A DNA stretch of 39,449 nucleotides from IMG/VR virus record IMGVR_UViG_3300045988_065902; one strand, written 5' to 3'. Origin of the DNA: a virus. Both the position numbers and the translations under genes were made by a program. Positions 6,563-14,299 of this stretch are shown here, one piece after another (within the stretch, counting starts at the first letter, position 1; every line of letters starts with the position of its first letter). The notes below the pieces were generated by a model, which worked only from the letters and a program-made list of their open reading frames with translations, was not told the DNA's origin and made no database searches.

Positions 6563-7495
6563 TTATTCGCAAAGCCCGTATTTGCTTGAGCACATAGAGC
6601 TGGCCTGCTCGCCATCGGCAAATATGTCGTACTGGCGTCCGCCTCGACTGGTTCGTGACCATGTGACAGCATCTCGAATTCCTTGGCCGTTACCGTTGGC
6701 CACTGGGAAGAACGTTGCAATTGATTTCTTTCCAGCTTTTTGCCCGATCTTTTCCCATTCTTCGATCCGATCAATTTGCTCCGGGAAGCGGTTCGCGATT
6801 TCGCGCAACTCTTCTTTGCGGCAATTGATGCACGGCATACATCCAACACGGCCCATGCCAAGTTTGTAGAGCGGATTTGGCTGGATTCCATGACGAAGCA
6901 TCATGTCGAAACAGTCAGAAGCCGTCCAGTCGAGAATCGGCCTGTAATTCCAGAGTTCAGCGCCTGTCTTTTCATCTCGCATTGCCAAGTCAAGTTCAAC
7001 GGCACAGGACCGAGCTTTGCTTTCATCATGGCGAATGCCTTGCCACGAAACAACGTCGATTCCTTGTTTGATCAGCGGCAGCTGAAGCTGTTTCTTCAGA
7101 ACGTCTGCTTTCAATTCAATTGAACAAAAGCGCATTCTGGTTGAAGGAAATCGGCCCTTGCAAATAACCATATCAAGAAACGGAATTCCAGTTGGATGAA
7201 GGACCGCAAGAGCTTCTTCGATCTTGCGTTCTGAAATTCCTTCTTCTCTCCACTTCGTTTGAACCGTTTTACGCTTCTGCTCAATTGCCGCTGTGTAATC
7301 GGCCTTGAGCCATTTAATTTCCAACCCAGTGGACTCGGCCAGGTATTTGATGTACTGGTAGGTAAGCGGATGCTCATTACCCGTATCACAGAAAACTGGT
7401 TGAATGTTTTCTGTGCCTCTTTCGATCGCTAGTAACAACATTGCAGTGGAATCCTTACCACCGCTAACGCTGATAACATTTATTTCTTTTGTCAT
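6563..7495 (-). CDS. PAPS-reductase / DndC-like PP-loop ATPase family protein
   Basis: N-terminal PP-loop VSVSGGKDSTAML, then RMRFCSIELK, GIRHDES, GCMPCINC and a C-terminal Cys pair (MCSSKYGLCE). G+C is visibly lower than in the neighbouring genes. Confidence 0.75.
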   Translation of the reverse strand: MTKEINVISVSGGKDSTAMLLLAIERGTENIQPVFCDTGNEHPLTYQYIKYLAESTGLEIKWLKADYTAAIEQKRKTVQTKWREEGISERKIEEALAVLHPTGIPFLDMVICKGRFPSTRMRFCSIELKADVLKKQLQLPLIKQGIDVVSWQGIRHDESKARSCAVELDLAMRDEKTGAELWNYRPILDWTASDCFDMMLRHGIQPNPLYKLGMGRVGCMPCINCRKEELREIANRFPEQIDRIEEWEKIGQKAGKKSIATFFPVANGNGQGIRDAVTWSRTSRGGRQYDIFADGEQASSMCSSKYGLCE

Positions 7496-7525
7496 GTTAA
7501 AAATGCCCCGGCTTTCTTTTGCTTG

Positions 7526-8092
7526 CTACTTACGCGCCAACCACGCCTGAAGCGCCTTATCATCTTCAGTGAATGCCCGCGGGTCATTGAAGAAGTCGCG
7601 ATAGATGCCGATTGTGTCGTTTCGCATCGTTTCGTTGACGCGCATAAGCTCATCCCTGCGCAACTGCATGACGATATCGCACAGGTCATCAATCGCCTGA
7701 TGCACCACGTCAAAATTGGCTTCGAGAATCTGATGCGTTTTCTGCCAGTGCACATAGGCCGAATCGAGCAGCGCCCCGGCGGCCTGAAACTGCCGCGAGA
7801 GGTTCACCGGCTGAGTCGTGGCGCGGGCGCAGATGAAGCCGGTGATAAGGACGCCCATCAAGTCCGACCAGCACCCGTCATCCTTCTCCGACTCGCCGGA
7901 GCGGCACCTCGCCAGTAACGCGTAAAAACCGAGACAGTATCTATGTAGCTCTATTTCTGTGACAGGGATGACGCGGGCCAGTGCGCCATAACCCCTGCGC
8001 TCAATCAGGTCATCTCCTGCGTAGTGGCACTGCTTTTTTCGGCCGGGCTTACGCTCTGCACGCTTCGCCAGCCTCCTCAATGCTCGGCTCAT
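7526..8092 (-). CDS. Hypothetical protein, 188 aa
   Basis: AGGAGG precedes the ATG at 8092, which is coupled to the stop of the upstream gene at 8089. I recognise no motif. Confidence 0.6.
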   Translation of the reverse strand: MSRALRRLAKRAERKPGRKKQCHYAGDDLIERRGYGALARVIPVTEIELHRYCLGFYALLARCRSGESEKDDGCWSDLMGVLITGFICARATTQPVNLSRQFQAAGALLDSAYVHWQKTHQILEANFDVVHQAIDDLCDIVMQLRRDELMRVNETMRNDTIGIYRDFFNDPRAFTEDDKALQAWLARK

Positions 8093-8316
8093 GCTTCCTC
8101 CTTCGCACATTTCAAAAAGCCAACGAACTTCTGCACGGCAAGCCCCTTCTTAGTGATTTCTGTTGCGAGGCTCTGCGCGAGCATGATCGCCAAATCGTCC
8201 CTGCCGTCCTTGACGCGATCGACAAGGATAGAGAGCTGTGTAGCCTCGCTCTTTGAGAAGCTGTGCTCGGCCTTCATCTCGCGGATCACCATTTTTGTTT
8301 TCTTCAGGTCAATCAT
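8089..8316 (-). CDS. Hypothetical protein, 75 aa
   Basis: The ORF is coupled to both neighbours by short overlaps. Confidence 0.55.
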   Translation of the reverse strand: MIDLKKTKMVIREMKAEHSFSKSEATQLSILVDRVKDGRDDLAIMLAQSLATEITKKGLAVQKFVGFLKCAKEEA

Positions 8317-8806
8317 TTGACGGCTCCCAAAGTTTGGTTATATCGTCATAGAGCTGTCGCGCTGGTATCAACGCATCGAGGCCAATATCTCTAGCGCGCT
8401 TCGGGTCGCTGTTGACTGCGATGTCATAAAGCATTGCATTCACCGGGTCGCTGATTTCTTCTGCCTTAAGGAGAACGGCGGACACAATATTTTTTTGTGC
8501 CCTTGTGAACTCCTTCGGATGCGCAAAGAGAACGAACGTCAGGGCGGCACGCTGACCGACATTGAACACGCAAGAGCCGCCAACGTCGCGATGAGCTGCG
8601 CAACTTTCGACAAGAAGCCGGGCGCCGGTATAGTCATTCGTGAGCCGTGCATACTCGAAAAACCGCGCACCATCCGCCGCTTTTCTCAAAATCGGCCGAG
8701 CTTCAGGCGCGGGCGGCAGAAGCCTGAGTAATGCCTTCCACTCCGACGCCGTCGCGGTAATCTTCGCTGTCGTGGCGGAAAGAAGCGGGAAGAAAGATGT
8801 ATCCAT
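8309..8806 (-). CDS. Hypothetical protein, 165 aa
   Basis: GGAGGA lies 6 nt before the ATG at 8806 (MDTSFFPLL...). The track start at 8851 lacks an SD. Confidence 0.6.
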   Translation of the reverse strand: MDTSFFPLLSATTAKITATASEWKALLRLLPPAPEARPILRKAADGARFFEYARLTNDYTGARLLVESCAAHRDVGGSCVFNVGQRAALTFVLFAHPKEFTRAQKNIVSAVLLKAEEISDPVNAMLYDIAVNSDPKRARDIGLDALIPARQLYDDITKLWEPSND

Positions 8807-8825
8807 GTTTGATCCTCCAAAGAGC

Positions 8826-8927
8826 TTATAAGCCCCAAAGAAAGAAGCCAACGAGCACCCCCGGCGCCAGCAAAAGGATCACGAGCGCCAGCGCGGCTAG
8901 TAAGTCCATAATGCGTTCAAGTATCAT
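8826..8927 (-). CDS. Possible 33-aa hydrophobic membrane peptide, below the ORF-track cutoff
   Basis: My translation is MILERIMDLLAALALVILLLAPGVLVGFFLWGL. It fills the gap between two genes, and its ATG at 8927 overlaps the upstream stop region. Confidence 0.35.
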   Translation of the reverse strand: MILERIMDLLAALALVILLLAPGVLVGFFLWGL

Positions 8928-8934
8928 GACGCCC

Positions 8935-9546
8935 TCACGCTGAAATCTTGAGGCCAGGCGTGCGGAAAATCACAGTGCCGGGGATTGTGTTCTTGCCGAG
9001 CTTCCACTCATTCATAACCGCGATCTTGTCCACTGAGCGCACGACCTCGGCGCCAGCGCCCATCGACCGCGCGAGACGCCGCGCATCCGTGTAGGAAAGA
9101 GTCGGCGGGCACCTAATCGCATTCACTTTGACGAAGTCCGAGGGGACGGCCTCAATATCAAGCACGGCCACAGACTCACGCCCGGCGAGCGCCTTCACCT
9201 CGATATCGACGTCTGTTATCCGGTTGATTTTGCCGCTCAGCATGAACTGCGCTAAGAAGTCAGAAAGCTTGTCGGCCTTCGTTTCCAGTCGCTTCAAAAT
9301 CGCTTTCTCGGCCTCAATGTGCTCGGCGACGGCGGCGGCCTCACGGCGCACGGCACGTACCACGCGGGCAAGCGCCGCGACCTTGTCAGCTTCCTTCCCT
9401 TCGGCCTCCCGCAGCTTGTCGAGGCCCGTAATCTCCCCAGTTTCCGGGTCGACCTCGACGGCCTCAGCCGCTTGGCGCACGGCTTCGCGCAAGTCAAGCG
9501 CCGTAGCCTTCGGCGCGTCGGGGTCTTTCTTCATGTCTACGAACAT
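8935..9546 (-). CDS. Siphovirus Gp157-like protein (recombination-module accessory)
   Basis: Coiled-coil pattern ...ETGEITGLDKLREAEGKEADKVAALARVV...EKAILKRLETKADKLSDFLAQFM..., and a position beside ssb/erf typical of Gp157-like genes. Confidence 0.45.
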   Translation of the reverse strand: MFVDMKKDPDAPKATALDLREAVRQAAEAVEVDPETGEITGLDKLREAEGKEADKVAALARVVRAVRREAAAVAEHIEAEKAILKRLETKADKLSDFLAQFMLSGKINRITDVDIEVKALAGRESVAVLDIEAVPSDFVKVNAIRCPPTLSYTDARRLARSMGAGAEVVRSVDKIAVMNEWKLGKNTIPGTVIFRTPGLKISA

Positions 9547-9558
9547 TTTTAGCGGTCC

Positions 9559-9999
9559 TTAAAACGGGCAATCCTCATCAATGTCAGCGGCGTTCGCGGG
9601 CGCGGACTTCTTCGCCGCCGGTGCGCTGACAGGCTTCGTAGCCGGGCGCTGAGGCTGACTGTCCGTGGCGCCCCGGCTTCCAAATTGCTGGCGCTCAACA
9701 AGAACCTCGGTCGAGTAACGTTTGACGCCCTGAGCGTCTATGTATTCGCGCGTGCGTAACCGGCCTTCCACCATCAACTGCGTGCCCTTGTCAAGGTACT
9801 CACAGAAGATTTCAGCGACACGACCGAAGGCAGTGCAGTTGTGCCATTCTGTTTCGGACTGCTTCTGTCCGTTCGCGTCCGTCCAGTGCCTGGTCGTCGC
9901 GAGGCTCACGCGGCACACAGGCCCGGCCTTCGATTCTTTCAGTTCAGGTTTCTTGCCAACGTTCCCGATGAGCATCACCTTGTTCATGTAAATGGCCAT
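9559..9999 (-). CDS. ssb: Single-stranded DNA-binding protein
   Basis: OB-fold signature NKVMLIGNVGKKPELK...TEWHNCTAFGRVAE...YLDKGTQLMVEGRLRTREY, a Pro/Ala-rich linker and an acidic tail DIDEDCPF. Confidence 0.9.
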   Translation of the reverse strand: MAIYMNKVMLIGNVGKKPELKESKAGPVCRVSLATTRHWTDANGQKQSETEWHNCTAFGRVAEIFCEYLDKGTQLMVEGRLRTREYIDAQGVKRYSTEVLVERQQFGSRGATDSQPQRPATKPVSAPAAKKSAPANAADIDEDCPF

Positions 10000-10004
10000 T
10001 TTTG

Positions 10005-10667
10005 TTACTCCTCTTTAGTTTCAATTTCGGCGGGGGCGGCCTGCTGGATGGCCTGCGGCGCCTGTGATTTCTCGTCTACACTTCCCGCGAGTACTTTCAA
10101 CTCGTCATGAATGCCCGCAGCAGTAAGCGCTTTTCGGGCCGTGGGCGTTAAGTTTGCATAAAAGTCCTTGTATGCCGCCATGCCGCGATTCGCGGCCTCT
10201 GTGGCGACATCCACCAGTGCGGACGCTAAACGCTCATTCGTCAGCGTCTGTTCATCTACCTTGGCGCCGTTGCCGTCGTCATCCTCATCAGCGCTCACGC
10301 CGAGGAAGGCACTCAGGCTGTAACGCCGGGCGTATGTCTCAGCGCTTCCGAACCCCTGCGCCGGATTCTTGGGCCCGATAACAGGAATAAACAACACGCC
10401 GCTCGAAAGCGTCTCACCCGATGCGTGAGATACGCACGTCTCAACGCTGACTCCGTCTTTCGACGATGCGACGCGCTGGAATAGAAAAAGGCCGTGGCGG
10501 TTGAGCGCCGGGCGTGTGGCGTCAAGGATGCTTTGCAAGTCGGCATACTTCGACTTGAAAGCCGGATTAACGCAATTCTTTGTGACCGGCTTGAATTCCG
10601 CCTGAGCCGCCGCAAGGGCGGCATAGATGTTCTCAGCCGGGGCCGGGGTTGTGGTTTTGTCTGTCAT
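10005..10667 (-). CDS. erf: ERF-family single-strand annealing recombinase
   Basis: Motifs FKSKYADLQSILDATRPAL..HGL, HASGE, GSAETYARRYSLSAFLGVSADEDDDG. Confidence 0.85.
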   Translation of the reverse strand: MTDKTTTPAPAENIYAALAAAQAEFKPVTKNCVNPAFKSKYADLQSILDATRPALNRHGLFLFQRVASSKDGVSVETCVSHASGETLSSGVLFIPVIGPKNPAQGFGSAETYARRYSLSAFLGVSADEDDDGNGAKVDEQTLTNERLASALVDVATEAANRGMAAYKDFYANLTPTARKALTAAGIHDELKVLAGSVDEKSQAPQAIQQAAPAEIETKEE

Positions 10668-10702
10668 TTGTGATAACCTCTATTTGATCCTTAAGTGAGT
10701 TC

Positions 10703-10741
10703 GCTCGGGTTTAGCTGGCCGCTATCCCGAGCGTTTTTTTT
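10703..10741 (+). terminator. Strong intrinsic terminator oriented against the leftward operon
   Basis: GCTCGGG-tt-TAGC-tggcc-GCTA-t-CCCGAGC followed by gT8 on the plus strand. The minus-strand version has no U-tail. Confidence 0.6.
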
Positions 10742-10745
10742 ATGC

Positions 10746-11135
10746 TCAGTGTGTGGCTATGTAGCCGTCCACGGCGTCGACAGGAACGCCGACATATTCC
10801 AGCGCATAGACGCGTTGAATAGCCGCCCACAGCGGCGAATTACGCGGGCAATACGCGGCGATGGCGCCGGGGGCGTCGTGGCTTAATTCCTCGTAAGCCG
10901 AGCCGAGAAGATCGGCGGCCATGTCATCCAGCGTGACGCTTTCCAGCTGGATGCCGTATGCGGGCCAGTCACAGATTACGTCGAGGGGCTGGGCGAGCTT
11001 TTCACACCACTCGGCCCACTGTTCCGGCTCGCGCGGGCACGGGTCGAACTCTTCTGGACTCATGCCATCCCATGCGGCCTGAGCCGCTTCGTAGGCGGCA
11101 TTACTCGCCGCGCGGCTGTAGGTCGTGAATCTCAT
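10746..11135 (-). CDS. Hypothetical protein, 129 aa
   Basis: ORF directly abutting the upstream gene (stop 11136 / start 11135). Confidence 0.6.
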   Translation of the reverse strand: MRFTTYSRAASNAAYEAAQAAWDGMSPEEFDPCPREPEQWAEWCEKLAQPLDVICDWPAYGIQLESVTLDDMAADLLGSAYEELSHDAPGAIAAYCPRNSPLWAAIQRVYALEYVGVPVDAVDGYIATH

Positions 11136-11462
11136 TTAGATGACCTCCGGGTATTCGGCCGCGGAGTGAAGCTGCGACAAAACGATGTCGTCAATCCGAT
11201 CGGCGAGGGCTTCATTGACCCAACCGGCGAGCGCCGGGAAGTCTTCCCGCGCCTTTTCGTCTGTGAGAACAGAACGAAGCAGGCGGAAGCAAGCCGCCGT
11301 GATCTCAACCTTCTGCGCCTCATCGAACGCCGGGAGTTGTGCATTACCGAACTTGGAATAGAACTCCGTAGAGTTCTTAGATGCGGCGTCATTGATGGCG
11401 CCGAGGAAATCGCCGAGGGCTTCGGCTTTTGCGGCGGATACGTTGATAAGAGTCTGTGACAT
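11136..11462 (-). CDS. Hypothetical protein, 108 aa (first gene of the leftward arm)
   Basis: AAGGAG precedes the ATG at 11462. I recognise no HTH. Confidence 0.6.
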   Translation of the reverse strand: MSQTLINVSAAKAEALGDFLGAINDAASKNSTEFYSKFGNAQLPAFDEAQKVEITAACFRLLRSVLTDEKAREDFPALAGWVNEALADRIDDIVLSQLHSAAEYPEVI

Positions 11463-11532
11463 TTTTCACTCCTTACGGCCCGTGCGGGCAAGTCTTAAAG
11501 TCGGCAGAGGATTAACCTCAACCATTGACAGC

Positions 11533-11561
11533 ATTTTAGCCGCTCGGTCAGAAAAAAGCAA
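11533..11561 (-). promoter_or_regulatory. Candidate leftward early promoter
   Basis: On the minus strand: TTGCTT(11561-11556)-17-TAAAAT(11538-11533). Confidence 0.45.
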
Positions 11562-11710
11562 GAGGCAACATCATAAAAGCGTAGCGCCACGGCTAACCAA
11601 TGTTAAGGAAGTCGCACGGCCTAATGCAGGAAGTCACAGGGGCGGGGAATATATAAGAGGCGGCGCCGTTATTAACCTACGTAAGAATCGCGGCCCGTAT
11701 TAGCTATAAG

Positions 11711-11740
11711 TGTAGAACCGACTCGGGTTTAGCGTATAAT
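11711..11740 (+). promoter_or_regulatory. Candidate rightward early promoter
   Basis: Consensus -10 TATAAT at 11735-11740 with a weak -35 (TGTAGA/GTAGAA), about 40 nt upstream of the cro-like gene. Confidence 0.4.
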
Positions 11741-11781
11741 GTTAGATAGCCATCCGGCTAACCAACAATGAGGAGAAAAAA

Positions 11782-12072
11782 ATGGGGACTTTCAGATTAA
11801 AGCCCGGCGATGAACGTAATGCGGTGAAGCGTGCTGCGGCGTATTTCGGAGGCTGGACGGCCTTCGCTAAAGCGCTGAACACGCGCTACAACACAAATGT
11901 GAAGCCCTGCGCTATCTACGTTTGGGGCCGAAAAGGCAAGGTAGACCAAAAATACCTGCAGGCTGTTTCAGACCTTACCGGCATCCCGCAGGACGAACTG
12001 CGGCCAGGGTATCTGCCGAAGCGTCGGGAGCTTGTCGCGGCGGTGCAACAAGTCGAGGCCGAAAAATCTTAA
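11782..12072 (+). CDS. Cro/YdaS-like HTH transcriptional regulator
   Basis: Pattern ...AAAYFGGWTAFAKALN......VWGRKGKV...YLQAVSDLTGIPQDELRPGY, as in YdaS/Cro-type phage regulators. It is the first gene of the rightward early arm. Confidence 0.55.
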   Translation: MGTFRLKPGDERNAVKRAAAYFGGWTAFAKALNTRYNTNVKPCAIYVWGRKGKVDQKYLQAVSDLTGIPQDELRPGYLPKRRELVAAVQQVEAEKS

Positions 12073-12086
12073 AAGGGGGCGGCGGG

Positions 12087-12887
12087 ATGGAGTTCGACTA
12101 CTTCGCTACTAGAGACGCCATATGGGCACGCTCTGACCTCAGCTTTACCGAGAAGGGCGTAGCCTTGGCCGCGCTCTCTTTTCGGAATTCAAAGACAGGG
12201 TTATGTGCGCCCGCAGTCGAGTCCGACGACCCTGAGAAAAAAACACTGTGCAGTAAAACAGGGCTGACGCATATTTGCGTAAGGAAAACGCTAAAAGCAC
12301 TGGAGGAAAAAGGGGTGATCACGCTCAAAAAGTGTGTGGCAAAACCTTCAGAAATTACCTTCGTTTTGGACGTTACCCTTAACGACGTTACCCTTAACGA
12401 CGTTACCCTTAACGACGTTAAGCCTAAACAACGTTTAGGGCTACCCTTAACGACGTTTAGGGCTACCCTTAACGACGTTAAGGCAAATAAAGAAGTAATA
12501 AAGAAGATAATAAAGAAGAGAGATGCGCACGCTTGCGCGAGCGCCACACCCGAGGGCAAAAAAGGAAGCCGAATCACATTCACAGAGCTGACTGATGAAC
12601 TCAGGGAGCAGGCGATTAAAGTACGTCCTGACTTATCCCCAGATCAAATAGCTTTTGAGTTCGATTGCTTTATTGACTACTGGAGAGCGAAGGCAGGAGC
12701 AGGAGCAGTAAAACGAGATTGGCCAGCGACGTGGCGAAACTGGATCAGAAGAAGCAACCAATTCGGAGCAAACGGAGGACGCCGACCAGCCACGCAGGCT
12801 CAGGCAGTTAATGAGTTTAAGAAGTCGGCTAGCCGTAAGCCGGAACAACAAGAGGAGGAGGAAGCGGCAGAGCTGCTTTTTGGATGA
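12087..12887 (+). CDS. Replication initiator (lambda O-like) with an internal origin
   Basis: N-terminal winged-helix-like region (LSFTEKGVALAALSF...TLCSKTGLTHICVRKTLKALEEKGVI). Iterons inside the gene translate to DVTLNDVTLNDVTLNDV. C-terminal motif DYWRAKAG..VKRDWPATWRNWIRR. The track start at 11922 overlaps cro. Confidence 0.65.
   Translation: MEFDYFATRDAIWARSDLSFTEKGVALAALSFRNSKTGLCAPAVESDDPEKKTLCSKTGLTHICVRKTLKALEEKGVITLKKCVAKPSEITFVLDVTLNDVTLNDVTLNDVKPKQRLGLPLTTFRATLNDVKANKEVIKKIIKKRDAHACASATPEGKKGSRITFTELTDELREQAIKVRPDLSPDQIAFEFDCFIDYWRAKAGAGAVKRDWPATWRNWIRRSNQFGANGGRRPATQAQAVNEFKKSASRKPEQQEEEEAAELLFG
12371..12520. repeat. Putative origin of replication: iterons plus an AT-rich tract
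   Basis: CGTTACCCTTAACGA x3 in tandem (12371-12415), then ACGTTTAGGGCTACCCTTAACG x2 (12431-12474); the core CCCTTAACGACGTT occurs 5 times. This is followed by aaataaagaagtaataaagaagataataaagaag. Confidence 0.7.
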
Positions 12888-13324
12888 TCATGCTGACGCC
12901 CGAAGAAATCGACGCCTTTTTTAATTCTCGTAGGTTCCTTGAAGGTACAGACGTAGAAATAGGCGTATACAGACCGAAAGAACAACAACAGATAAATTTC
13001 GTACTCGCGCCAGCATATTGCCTATTCCCTGACGGGTTCGAGTGCGGAGACGGTAAGGCGCCTTTTTTTGGCGCTATTAACTACTACATTCGTGAGAGCG
13101 ACAACATTGCAGACATTCCGCCGGAGGTATGGACCGACCGGACGTGTGAGATCGAATACGTGCGCGGGTCAGAGAGGAGAGCACGCCAGCTGGCGATGAT
13201 GATTCGCGACAAAGCACGGGACAAGTCGTGTTATTGGACGCCCGACGGCATTTTGGTTTACCTTAAAAACAAACACTGGCACAAATTCGGAGAACTACCT
13301 TATGCAAGACAAGACAATAAGTGA
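12884..13324 (+). CDS. Hypothetical protein, 146 aa (between initiator and helicase)
   Basis: ATGA-coupled to the initiator stop. I recognise no motif. Confidence 0.55.
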   Translation: MIMLTPEEIDAFFNSRRFLEGTDVEIGVYRPKEQQQINFVLAPAYCLFPDGFECGDGKAPFFGAINYYIRESDNIADIPPEVWTDRTCEIEYVRGSERRARQLAMMIRDKARDKSCYWTPDGILVYLKNKHWHKFGELPYARQDNK

Positions 13325-14288
13325 AATGACGATGCAACCGCGCGATTATTCGCCAGCCTTCGCGGCGTGGCAACAGTCCGCCCGCAACGTGATCTATCGA
13401 CCTGACCACTTTGAAGACCCCTTATTTGGCATCATTGAAGGCCGCTTAGCGGGCACGCCGTGCGCATTCGACCAGCGTCTAGCCTTCAGAGAAGGCGAAG
13501 TAACGATGTGGGCCGGGCAAAACGGAAACGGTAAAAGCCTGCTCACAGGTCAGGTCGCCTTACAGCTTTTGGCGGCCGGGCAGAAGGTCGGTATTCAGTC
13601 GTTTGAAATGACGCCCGCACGGACGCTTTATCGAATGCTGCGACAGGGTTGGGGGCGGCTCCCTACGAAATATGACGCGCAGGCGAACGAGAAGAAAATA
13701 CAAGCCTTCTTGAAGTACTGCCGCGACGCGGGCCTGCTACTTTCAAACGAGAAGCAGGCGATAACGATTGAAGGCGTCTTAGGCGTGTCGGTGGTGATGG
13801 CCAAGGAGTTTGGGTGCAAACACATCTTCATTGACAACCTCATGAAGGTCGTGCACGCTGAGGACGATTACACAGGGCAAAAAGAATTCGTGCAGGGGTG
13901 CTGTCAGATTGCCCGCGAACTTTCTGTGCATATTCACATCGTCCATCACGTCAGAAAGGGCGGAAGCGAGAAGGACGAGATTGACAAGTTCGCGGTGCGT
14001 GGTTCGTCTGCGATCGTTGACCAAATTGATAACCTCGTTTTGATCCGCCGTAACCTCGATAAAGAGCGGCTGGCAGAACAGCGCGAACTCACGCCGACCG
14101 AGGATCAGGACGAAGCTGACTCACTCCTGCGTATTTCTAAACAACGCAATGGCGATTTTATGGGGCTTGTGCCGCTTTGGTTTGACAAGAGAGGCGCCGT
14201 ATTTTGCACCAGCGCAGAAAGGGCACTGCCGCGCCTTTTGCCCGACGCCGCACTGCCCGCCGATTGCTTGGACGGGCGCGAAATCTAG
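13302..14288 (+). CDS. DnaB-like replicative helicase (RecA-type C-terminal domain only)
   Basis: Walker A GQNGNGKS, Walker B HIFIDNL, then VHIHIVHHVRKG and ISKQRNG. GGAGAA lies 7 nt before the ATG. Confidence 0.7.
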   Translation: MQDKTISEMTMQPRDYSPAFAAWQQSARNVIYRPDHFEDPLFGIIEGRLAGTPCAFDQRLAFREGEVTMWAGQNGNGKSLLTGQVALQLLAAGQKVGIQSFEMTPARTLYRMLRQGWGRLPTKYDAQANEKKIQAFLKYCRDAGLLLSNEKQAITIEGVLGVSVVMAKEFGCKHIFIDNLMKVVHAEDDYTGQKEFVQGCCQIARELSVHIHIVHHVRKGGSEKDEIDKFAVRGSSAIVDQIDNLVLIRRNLDKERLAEQRELTPTEDQDEADSLLRISKQRNGDFMGLVPLWFDKRGAVFCTSAERALPRLLPDAALPADCLDGREI

Positions 14289-14299
14289 GAGAATGAAAA

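Noticed and set aside
6400-6891. 163-aa minus-strand ORF spanning the intergenic region and the 3' end of the PAPS-reductase-like gene.
   Set aside because: It is out of frame with the well-supported 6563..7495 gene and runs through the bidirectional terminator and the plus-strand promoters.
11392-11703. 103-aa plus-strand ORF across the early control region.
   Set aside because: It begins antisense inside gene 11136..11462 and crosses both candidate promoters. It has no SD and encodes a basic, low-complexity product.
12371-12480. The tandem repeats were considered as a CRISPR array or a minisatellite.
   Set aside because: The repeats are contiguous with no unique spacers, lie in frame inside the initiator gene, and are followed by an AT-rich tract. 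Origin iterons explain them better.
12098-12583. 161-aa minus-strand ORF over the initiator gene.
   Set aside because: It is an antisense shadow frame that includes the iteron repeats (TSLRVTSLRV...), and it has no start signals.
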